Positions 17,253 to 24,000 of a stretch of 24,000 bases of DNA are shown here, one piece after another. Below the pieces are notes generated by a model. That model was not told the origin of the DNA and did no database searches. It was given only the letters and a program-made list of their open reading frames with translations. How positions within the stretch are numbered: position 1 is the first letter of the stretch; every line of letters begins with the position of its first letter. The stretch lies in the NCBI GenBank assembly GCA_965217895.1, contig CBDCJV010000002.1, positions 4,991,816-5,015,815 on the forward strand, read 5' to 3'. The position numbers and the translations under genes were made by a program. Origin of the DNA: Waterburya sp. GTDB lineage: Bacteria; Cyanobacteriota; Cyanobacteriia; Cyanobacteriales; Xenococcaceae.

Positions 17253-17433
17253 TGCTTTTATTCCTCCTAAATTAACTTCGCCAGCTTCTCTAAGTAGTCA
17301 AAAGGCAGCGGTACATCGCCCTGAAAAGGCGTTGCCTTCTTGCTCAATAGCCTTAACGGGGAGACCCCCCGCAACGGCTTTTCGCGCTGCGCTAACCGCG
17401 GAAGGCGGTCAATTCCTGCTGTGGATTTAAATC

Positions 17434-17742
17434 TTACAACAGGCGTTCAGCCTCTTTTTTACTATAGAGAGCATTGCGGTCTACATTGACCGTATCTATG
17501 ATGCCGACAATTGTGGCATCAAGTGGTTTGGATTCTTGACCAGCCTCAATACGAGCCGCGCTACCTCGACTCACTAGAACCCATTCATCAACACCAGCAC
17601 CAATCAAGTCTCCTGCCACTTCGTATTGAGGTAAAAGCTGCCCTTCTTCATCTATATATTGAACTAAAAGCAACTTAATCCCTCTCATGCTAGGAGCTTT
17701 ATGAGTGCTAACTACCGTGCCACGAACTTGGGCTATCTGCAT
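17434..17742 (-). CDS. ccmL: Carboxysome vertex (pentamer) protein CcmL, EutN/CcmL family
   Basis: 102-aa ORF containing MQIAQVRGTVVST.K...........LLLVQ and GAG..EWVL...GS.AR, the canonical CcmL sequence. Confidence 0.95.
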   Translation of the reverse strand: MQIAQVRGTVVSTHKAPSMRGIKLLLVQYIDEEGQLLPQYEVAGDLIGAGVDEWVLVSRGSAARIEAGQESKPLDATIVGIIDTVNVDRNALYSKKEAERLL

Positions 17743-17762
17743 ACCATACTGCCTAAATTAAT

Positions 17763-18101
17763 CTATGGTCTTCTAAGAGGACGAGGATTGACGCTTTCAC
17801 GAAACTGTTCTACAGCCTCTGTATAGCGAATAGGTAGAACGTACTCTAGGTTTTCGTGAGGACGGGCAATGATATGAGTAGACAGAACCTGTCCACCATT
17901 AACTCTGGCAACGTTTTCTGTTCCCGCGGATACAGAAGCCTGAACTTCTGATACGTCGCCTCTTACAATTACGGTTACACGACCTGTACCAATTTTTTCG
18001 TAGCCGACTAAAGTGACACGGGCTGCTTTGACCATAGCGTCTGCTGCTTCTACTACCGCGGGGAAACCTAGTGTTTCGATCATTCCGACTGCAATTGACA
18101 T
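17763..18101 (-). CDS. ccmK1: Carboxysome shell hexamer protein CcmK1 (BMC-H with C-terminal extension)
   Basis: 112-aa ORF beginning [38 protein letters not shown], with an AGGAG RBS. It is the second ccmK gene and the longer of the two, matching the Synechocystis ccmK2-ccmK1 order. Confidence 0.93.
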   Translation of the reverse strand: MSIAVGMIETLGFPAVVEAADAMVKAARVTLVGYEKIGTGRVTVIVRGDVSEVQASVSAGTENVARVNGGQVLSTHIIARPHENLEYVLPIRYTEAVEQFRESVNPRPLRRP

Positions 18102-18180
18102 TATTTTTAACTCCTGAATTATTTAGTTGGCGACTTAGTAAACTATGGATAAGCTTAATCGCCTTGGTTAATTATCTAGA

Positions 18181-18200
18181 CCACCAGCCATGGCTGGCGG
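18181..18200 (-). promoter_or_regulatory. Intercistronic GC hairpin immediately after ccmK2
   Basis: The minus-strand RNA CCGCCAGC-CAUG-GCUGGUGG forms 8 bp including one G.U pair that exists only in the transcribed orientation; the plus strand would have an A/C mismatch. It begins 8 nt after the ccmK2 stop and has no U-tract. Confidence 0.5.
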
Positions 18201-18207
18201 TTGCTAT

Positions 18208-18519
18208 TTAATAGGTACGAAACTGTTCTACTTCTTCTGTATAACGAATAGGTAGAACATACTCTAGGTTTTCGTGAGGACGAGCAATAATGTGGGTAGA
18301 AAGAACTTGTCCACCATTAACTCTAGTCACGTTTTCTGTACCAGCAGCAACAGAAGCCTGAACTTCTGATACGTCGCCTCTTACAATTACGGTTACACGA
18401 CCTGTACCAATTTTTTCGTAGCCGACTAAAGTGACACGGGCTGCTTTGACCATAGCGTCTGCTGCTTCTACTACCGCAGGAAAGCCTAGTGTTTCAATCA
18501 TTCCAACTGCAATTGACAT
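18208..18519 (-). CDS. ccmK2: Carboxysome shell hexamer protein CcmK2 (BMC-H)
   Basis: 103-aa ORF with an AAGGAG RBS. It is the first gene of the ccm operon, and its protein is identical to CcmK1 over the first 57 residues. Confidence 0.95.
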   Translation of the reverse strand: MSIAVGMIETLGFPAVVEAADAMVKAARVTLVGYEKIGTGRVTVIVRGDVSEVQASVAAGTENVTRVNGGQVLSTHIIARPHENLEYVLPIRYTEEVEQFRTY

Positions 18520-18583
18520 ATTTTTACTCCTTTATAGTTTGGGATTGACCTTGGTGTTTTTGCCAAGGAATCGCCAATTGTGT

Positions 18584-18646
18584 TTAATTAACTGTTTTTG
18601 GATTGAGACTGAAAAAAGTTTCAACCATTCCTACTGCGATAGGCAT
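18584..18646 (-). pseudogene. Relic of a ccmK 5' end (20-codon mini-ORF MPIAVGMVETFFSLNPKTVN*) in the ccmK2 leader
   Basis: The first 10 codons, M-P-I-A-V-G-M-V-E-T, match the invariant BMC-H N-terminus (CcmK2 here has [10 protein letters not shown]). Homology is lost afterwards, and a stop follows at 18584-18586. Confidence 0.5.
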
Positions 18647-18671
18647 TTTCTATCTTTTTCTCTTCAAACCA

Positions 18672-18701
18672 ATTATAAAAAGTGGGTGAACACAAAAACA
18701 A
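18672..18701 (-). promoter_or_regulatory. Candidate sigma70-type promoter of the ccm operon (TTGTTT-N18-TATAAT)
   Basis: On the minus strand the -10 TATAAT lies at 18677-18672 and the -35 TTGTTT at 18701-18696, ~150 nt upstream of the ccmK2 ATG. A dyad ATAG-N9-CTAT at 18721-18737 sits just upstream. Both are predicted from sequence only. Confidence 0.3.
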
Positions 18702-19588
18702 AAAATAACGACCTATTCCTATAGCTTTTGTTGCTATTACAGGCTTGGTGGCAATTATTAAACTTATTTTCTAGTTCATATTGAATATGAATTTCTGAAA
18801 TTTCTCTAAATTTATACTTCAGAACTGTTTACACCGCTCTGACTAAGTAGGCACATTTAGAAAAACTTGTGTTGATTAATTTACCCATCCATAAACAAGC
18901 ATAAATAACCGTGACTCCTTTGACAACATAAAACATGATTATATTTTTTAATTTGATTGTTCATGATAATTAATACTTATTTAAAAAATAGCTGTCTGAA
19001 GTTGCCAATAGTCATTTGTCCTGCTAAGCAACTTACTTTTTATAATTTATTTATAATATCTGTTATTAGACCGTTTAAAACCTGTGTACAAATGTAACTT
19101 CAAGAAATATAAAGCTAACTCTTGGGTAAAGAATATAGTCGCTAAAACTTAACCAGGCAGGCTTTTAGTATCAAACGAATAACATTAGAGTATAAATACT
19201 CAGTAAATAGGTGGTCTGAATTATTCCTGACAAAAATTTGGCACAAACAAACTGTTTAATCTAAATAAGCCTCATTTGCCAAAAAAGTCAGCCCACGAAT
19301 AGGGAATAAATTATTTTATTATTTTGATAGTTATCTTGCCAACGCCAGACAGATGGTTGTAAAACTCGAAAAGTTTGAGAGTTTGCTAAACCCGCCCTAA
19401 CTTAATTGCTCTGATTAAAGTATTTGAATAAACCCATCGCAAATTTAAATAGTATTTGAGAGCATGATAGCTGGTAAGATAAAACTTTAACAAAAGTATT
19501 AAATCACCGTTGATGCAGCTAAAAGTTAGCTAATAAAAATACTTAATAACTATAAATTTGGCGTTGTATATTCCTTAAAACAGTTTTG

Positions 19589-21484
19589 ATGACTGAATTT
19601 TTATTTGAAAATTCCTGGATAATTCCTTTATATAGCCTAGTGGGGGCAGTTTTAAGCCTACCTTGGTCTTTGGGAATTATTCGCAAAACAGGACCCCGCC
19701 CAGCAGCCTACCTCAATATTTTGATGACTCTGGTGGGATTTATTCATACCTCATTAATTTTTAACCTGATTTGGAAAACTGAGGCTCAACAGTTTGTTTT
19801 TCATTGGTTGCAGGTTGCCGATTTAGATTTAACCTTATCAATTGAAATATCTCCTGTTAGTTTTGGAGCTTTAGAACTGGTAACGGGTATTAGTCTTTTG
19901 GTACAGATCTATGCCCTGGGCTATATGGAGAAAGACTGGTCTTTAGCACGCTTCTTTGGCCTGATGGGATTTTTTGAAACATCTTTAGCAGGATTAGCTA
20001 TTAGTGATGGTTTGCTGTTGAGCTATTGTCTTTTGGAAGCTTTGACCCTTTCTACCTATCTTCTAGTGGGTTTTTGGTATGCCCAGCCCTTAGTGGTGAC
20101 TGCTGCTAGGGATGCTTTTTTGACTAAGAGAGTAGGAGATATTGTGCTGTTGATGGGCATAGTAGCTCTTTCTACATACGGACAAGGACTGAGTTTTTCT
20201 CAATTGGATACATGGGTAGAAGTAAATCAGCTAGATTCTACCGTGGCAGCTTTTCTAGGTTTGGCTTTGATTGCAGGACCTATTGGTAAATGCGCTCAGT
20301 TTCCCCTCAATCTTTGGCTAGACGAGGCGATGGAGGGACCAAATCCTGCGGGTATAATGCGTAATTCCATTGTGGTTTCGGCGGGCGCTTATGTGTTGAT
20401 TAAGCTAGAACCAGCTACAACTCTTTCACCAGTTTCTGCTTCTGCCTTAATTATTATCGGCACAGTTACAGCAATTGGCACATCTTTAATGGCGATCGCT
20501 CAAATTGACATAAAAAGAGCTTTATCACATTCTACTAGCGCCTATATGGGTTTGGTCTTTATTGCGGTGGGCTTGAGACAGGTTGACATTGCTTTTTTGC
20601 TCTTGTTTTGTCATGCGGTTTCCAAAGCCCTGCTATTTATGAGTGCGGGGTCAGTCATTCTGACTACCAGCAATCAAAACGTGACGGAAATGGGTGGCTT
20701 ATGGTCAAGAATGCCTGCAACAAGCTTATCGTTTTTAGCAGGAGCGGCAGGATTAATTGGTTTTGCCCCTTTAGGTATGTTCTGGACTTATCAACGCTGG
20801 TTTAGTGGAGCTTGGGATGTAGACTGGTGGTTATTACTAATTGTAATGTTTGTCAATACTTTTTCAGCTATTAATTTAACCCGTTTGTTCCGAGTTATTT
20901 TTCTAGGCAAACCACAGGTCAAAACTCGTCGCGCGCCTGAAGTTCCCTGGCAAATGGCAGTACCTATGGTGGCTTTAATGGTGGTTACTATTCTGACTAC
21001 TTTTGCGCCCCTAGAGTGGTCTTTGTGGTTGAGTCCCAATCGACCTTTAACTCTCGAACAGCCAGAATTAATCAATCAATATGCCGTGCCGTTGCTCATT
21101 GCTTCTGGTCTATTGGGCTGTGTAATTGCTTCAACTATAAAAGTGCGTAAAGCTTGGGCAAGATCTAGCAATTTTACCCTGCGATTTTTCCAAGATCTGT
21201 TGGCTTATGATTTTTATATAGATAAGCTTTACGAAGTGACAGTAATTGCAGCCGTTTCTACCGTAGCTAAATTTACCTCTTGGGTTGATCGCTACATAGT
21301 TGATGGTGCAGTTAATTTAGTTAGTATCGCCACGATTTTTAGCAGTAATGCCCTAAAATACAACAATACTGGGCAGTCTCAGTTTTATCTTGCCACGATT
21401 GTGATCGGCATTGGACTGATGTTGTGGTCAATGCTTAACGGTCAGTGGTCAATAGTGACTAATTATTGGTCATCGATTATATAG
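19589..21484 (+). CDS. ndhF3: NDH-1 subunit NdhF3 (NDH-1MS inducible high-affinity CO2-uptake complex)
   Basis: ~631-aa polytopic ORF of the NuoL/NdhF family. ATG is at 19589, with an in-frame TTG at 19586. The F3 assignment follows from its position directly upstream of an ndhD gene and cupA, the ndhF3-ndhD3-cupA operon order. Confidence 0.9.
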   Translation: MTEFLFENSWIIPLYSLVGAVLSLPWSLGIIRKTGPRPAAYLNILMTLVGFIHTSLIFNLIWKTEAQQFVFHWLQVADLDLTLSIEISPVSFGALELVTGISLLVQIYALGYMEKDWSLARFFGLMGFFETSLAGLAISDGLLLSYCLLEALTLSTYLLVGFWYAQPLVVTAARDAFLTKRVGDIVLLMGIVALSTYGQGLSFSQLDTWVEVNQLDSTVAAFLGLALIAGPIGKCAQFPLNLWLDEAMEGPNPAGIMRNSIVVSAGAYVLIKLEPATTLSPVSASALIIIGTVTAIGTSLMAIAQIDIKRALSHSTSAYMGLVFIAVGLRQVDIAFLLLFCHAVSKALLFMSAGSVILTTSNQNVTEMGGLWSRMPATSLSFLAGAAGLIGFAPLGMFWTYQRWFSGAWDVDWWLLLIVMFVNTFSAINLTRLFRVIFLGKPQVKTRRAPEVPWQMAVPMVALMVVTILTTFAPLEWSLWLSPNRPLTLEQPELINQYAVPLLIASGLLGCVIASTIKVRKAWARSSNFTLRFFQDLLAYDFYIDKLYEVTVIAAVSTVAKFTSWVDRYIVDGAVNLVSIATIFSSNALKYNNTGQSQFYLATIVIGIGLMLWSMLNGQWSIVTNYWSSII

Positions 21485-21576
21485 TGATGAAGCTGCTGTG
21501 ACCGTTAGTCAATTCAATAAAGATCAATTGTTTAAAACATTTAGATTAATCGGTTTTTCCGAAGATCGTCAAAATT

Positions 21577-23028
21577 ATGCTCAGTGCCTTAATTCTCATT
21601 CCTTTTTTGAGCGCAGCCATAATTGGCTTGACTCCAATCAAAGACAAAAATATCCGTAGCGTTGCCGTAATTACGGCAGTCAGTATTTTAGTTTTAAATA
21701 TGGTTTTGGGTCTTCAATTTAATTTTCAGCAGTCAGGTTTACAGTTTGCCGAAGACATACCCTGGATTGAATGGATTGGTCTAAATTATCATCTGGGAAT
21801 TGACGGTCTTTCTTTTCCTTTGGTATTGCTTAATAGTCTTTTGACTTTGATCGCTATTTTTATTACTAGCCCTGCAATTCAAAGACCCAAGTTATATTAT
21901 GCAATGCTGTTTCTGCTTAATGGTGGGGCAACGGGTGCATTTTTGGCTCAAGATTTACTGCTGTTTTTCTTGTTTTATGAGTTAGAAATTGTACCCCTCT
22001 ACTTCCTGATTGCTATTTGGGGTGGGGCGAGAAGAGGTTATGCAGCCATGAAGTTTTTGCTTTACACAGCTTTATCGGGAATTTTGGTGCTGGCTTCCTT
22101 TTTGGGTTTGGTATGGTTGACTGGCGAAACCAGCTTTGACTATCTCATATTGCGATCGCATACTCTGCCTTTAAATAGTCAATTATTATTGCTGGCACCG
22201 CTTTTAATTGGCGTATTTATTAAAATTCCTATTTTTCCTTTTCATACCTGGCTGCCCGATGCCCACGTAGAAGCATCTACGCCCATATCTGTGCTGCTGG
22301 CGGGGGTGCTGCTAAAGCTCGGTACTTATGCCTTATTGCGTTTTGGAATTGGTCTATTTCTAGAAGGTTGGGTTTATCTTGCTCCTTGGCTGGCCTATTT
22401 AGCGGGAATTAGTGCCTTATATGGAGCTTCCTGTGCGATCGCTCAAAAAGATATGAAAAAAGTAGTAGCGTACTCTTCGATTGCTCACATGGCATATATT
22501 CTCTTGGCAGCAACCGCTACTACCCGCTTGAGCATGAGTGCAGCAGTATTTCAGATGGTAAGTCATGGATTAATTTCTGCTTTTCTTTTCCTGCTTGTCG
22601 GCATGGTTTACAAAAAAACTGGTTCACGGGATGTAGATGTCTTGAGAGGTTTACTAAACCCCGAAAAAGGTCTGCCTGTTACTGGCGGGTTAATGATCCT
22701 AGGAGTGATGGCAAGCTCTGGTTTACCTGGAATGGTGGGCTTTATCTCAGAATTTCTCGTGTTTAGAGGCAGTTTTCCTATTTTCCCTATTCCCACCCTT
22801 CTATGTTTAGTGGGAACCGGCTTAACGGCAGTTTACTTTTTGCTAGTAATTAATAAAGTCTTTTTTGGTCGCCTTACCGTTGGTTTGACAAATATCCCTC
22901 CCGTGCAATGGAAAGAACACGCTCCTGCTTTTGTTTTACTGTTGCTAATTATTGCCTTTGGTATCAAGCCAGATTGGGTAACTCACTGGAGCGAAGTACA
23001 GGCTGTTGCTCTTTTAACAGGCGGTTAA
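21577..23028 (+). CDS. ndhD3: NDH-1 subunit NdhD3 (NuoM/NdhD family, CO2-uptake complex)
   Basis: 483-aa polytopic ORF with the motifs FPFHTWLPDAH and VAYSSIAHM, located between ndhF3 and cupA. Confidence 0.9.
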   Translation: MLSALILIPFLSAAIIGLTPIKDKNIRSVAVITAVSILVLNMVLGLQFNFQQSGLQFAEDIPWIEWIGLNYHLGIDGLSFPLVLLNSLLTLIAIFITSPAIQRPKLYYAMLFLLNGGATGAFLAQDLLLFFLFYELEIVPLYFLIAIWGGARRGYAAMKFLLYTALSGILVLASFLGLVWLTGETSFDYLILRSHTLPLNSQLLLLAPLLIGVFIKIPIFPFHTWLPDAHVEASTPISVLLAGVLLKLGTYALLRFGIGLFLEGWVYLAPWLAYLAGISALYGASCAIAQKDMKKVVAYSSIAHMAYILLAATATTRLSMSAAVFQMVSHGLISAFLFLLVGMVYKKTGSRDVDVLRGLLNPEKGLPVTGGLMILGVMASSGLPGMVGFISEFLVFRGSFPIFPIPTLLCLVGTGLTAVYFLLVINKVFFGRLTVGLTNIPPVQWKEHAPAFVLLLLIIAFGIKPDWVTHWSEVQAVALLTGG

Positions 23029-23084
23029 GCTTTGATCTTTAAAACTCAATCACTGATTTAAATAAAACAATTTATTAAATAGTT

Positions 23085-24000
23085 ATGGTTAATACTCCTG
23101 TTAGACGTTCTAAGTCTCGTTTAGTAGACGAATATATTACTAGATTAGAACAAGGAAATGCCTTGCTTGATGATTCTCCTCAAAATTTAGTGGAGGTTGT
23201 TGGCATCCTCAAAAGTTACGGCATAGTTCTTGATGCTTATTCCATTAATCTCTGCTATATTGCTAATACCCAATTTTTGAAGCTGTTTCCCCTATTCAAA
23301 TATTTTAATGGGAAGGTAAATACTGAGAAGGTTGCTAAGTTTCTTTGGCACAAACGCATCAATTACGAATACGCTGAATATTGCATGAAAGCCATGTTTT
23401 GGCATGGTGGTGGCGGGCTAGATGCCTATCTTGATACTCCAGAATTTACGGCTCAAGCTGATAAGTTAATTAAAGCTTACTTTAAATACAATCCTTTGAT
23501 GCTAGTTCTGCACAAAGCATTTAAAGACTTTTTGCCAGAGCAAATGCGTCAGATGGCTTACTACAGTGGATTAGGGCAATTCTGGCGAGTGATGAGCGAT
23601 ATTTTCTTAGAATTATCTGATAGTTACGATCGCGGTGAGATTAAATCTATTCCTGATGTGGTGAAATTTATTCTCGATGGTTTGGTTGCCGATGCTACTC
23701 GACCAATCACTTATACGGTGAAAGTTCGTGGTCAGAAGTACGATATTATTCCCGAATCAGCAGGACTAACTTTTTTAGCTGATACAGGCGTTCCCTATAT
23801 AGAGGCGATTTTCTTTAGAGGCACTCCTTTCCCAGGCACGGTATCTTACAATGCTCAGGCTTATGAAATTTCTTACGATCTCGGTATGTTCAACTATGGA
23901 GCATTATTTGCAGATCCTTTGCCTATTGGCGGTGCAGGAATTCCTCCTACTTTGCTGATGCAGGATATGAGACATTTTTTACCTGACTATCTGCGTCAGC
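23085..24000 (+). CDS. cupA: CO2 hydration protein CupA/ChpY (5' part; runs off the window end)
   Basis: My own translation from ATG 23085 gives MVNTPVRRSKSRLVDEYITRLEQGNALLDDSPQNLVEVVGILKSYGIVLDAYSINLCYIA...FKYFNG...WHGGGGLDAYLDTPEF..., the conserved CupA/ChpY N-terminal region. The frame has no stop up to nt 24000. Confidence 0.9.
   Translation, partial: MVNTPVRRSKSRLVDEYITRLEQGNALLDDSPQNLVEVVGILKSYGIVLDAYSINLCYIANTQFLKLFPLFKYFNGKVNTEKVAKFLWHKRINYEYAEYCMKAMFWHGGGGLDAYLDTPEFTAQADKLIKAYFKYNPLMLVLHKAFKDFLPEQMRQMAYYSGLGQFWRVMSDIFLELSDSYDRGEIKSIPDVVKFILDGLVADATRPITYTVKVRGQKYDIIPESAGLTFLADTGVPYIEAIFFRGTPFPGTVSYNAQAYEISYDLGMFNYGALFADPLPIGGAGIPPTLLMQDMRHFLPDYLRQ

Noticed and set aside
17221-17430. 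69-aa plus-strand ORF spanning the ccmL-ccmM spacer.
   Set aside because: It is antisense to the operon, overlaps the ccmM start, and has Ala/Pro/Arg-rich GC-driven composition with no RBS. It is treated as a by-product of the GC-rich spacer.
2341-22796. Other short ORFs in the supplied track: 2341..2562, 3762..4028, 5885..6088, 6081..6353, 7458..7691, 12068..12268, 13003..13215, 13790..14014, 14476..14718, 14523..14714, 15420..15674, 16076..16276, 16137..16442, 16265..16453, 18431..18724, 20608..20805, 20791..21075 and 22608..22796.
   Set aside because: Each is nested in, or antisense to, a confidently identified gene (amiE, the hydrolase, dnaE, rbcL, ccmN, ccmM, ccmK2, ndhF3, ndhD3) or lies in an AT-rich leader. 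None has a recognisable motif or an RBS.
1-24000. I looked for CRISPR arrays, tRNA/rRNA genes, transposases, integrases and phage genes.
   Set aside because: I found no regularly spaced direct repeats, no cloverleaf-compatible sequence with a GTTCGAATC-type T-loop plus acceptor stem, and no ORF with recombinase or transposase motifs on either strand.

Overview
This window is a cyanobacterial chromosome segment. By eye it carries about twenty perfect HIP1 octamers (GCGATCGC), roughly 40% GC, a form-IB RuBisCO and a naturally split DnaE intein. No database search was possible, so every family call comes from motifs I recognise in the translations.

Layout:
- 1-4.1 kb: a DUF2301-like membrane protein, a DUF62 SAM hydrolase, a Pseudomonas-type aliphatic amidase (amiE), and a MetX-like alpha/beta hydrolase interrupted by a single in-frame TAG.
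- 4.1-8.2 kb: a module bracketed by 28/30-nt inverted repeats. It holds a repeat-like fragment, a decayed yefM-yoeB toxin-antitoxin pair, dnaE-N (Pol III alpha N-part fused to the N-half of the split intein) and an orphan coiled-coil ORF.
- 8.14-8.73 kb: a 595-nt gene-free gap containing a 210-nt, ~61% GC, highly self-complementary island that I cannot assign to any RNA class. This is the best candidate for something undescribed.
- 8.7-11.1 kb: miaA, a YciI-like gene and a SpoIIM/DUF95-like membrane gene.
- 11.3-24 kb: a compact CO2-concentrating super-locus. On the minus strand it reads ccmK2-ccmK1-ccmL-ccmM-ccmN followed by rbcL-rbcX-rbcS. Across a 1.07-kb AT-rich divergent control region, ndhF3-ndhD3-cupA runs on the plus strand, with cupA leaving the window.

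Secondary observations in the CCM locus:
- a 128-bp perfectly identical tract between ccmK1 and ccmK2, consistent with gene conversion;
- a 20-codon relic of a third ccmK 5' end in the ccmK2 leader;
- a GC hairpin directly after ccmK2;
- an unusually long GC-rich ccmL-ccmM spacer;
- a four-SSUL CcmM that retains the Cys194/Cys200 pair;
- a long-range inverted repeat abutting the rbcX start codon.

I found no tRNA, rRNA, CRISPR array, transposase or integrase.
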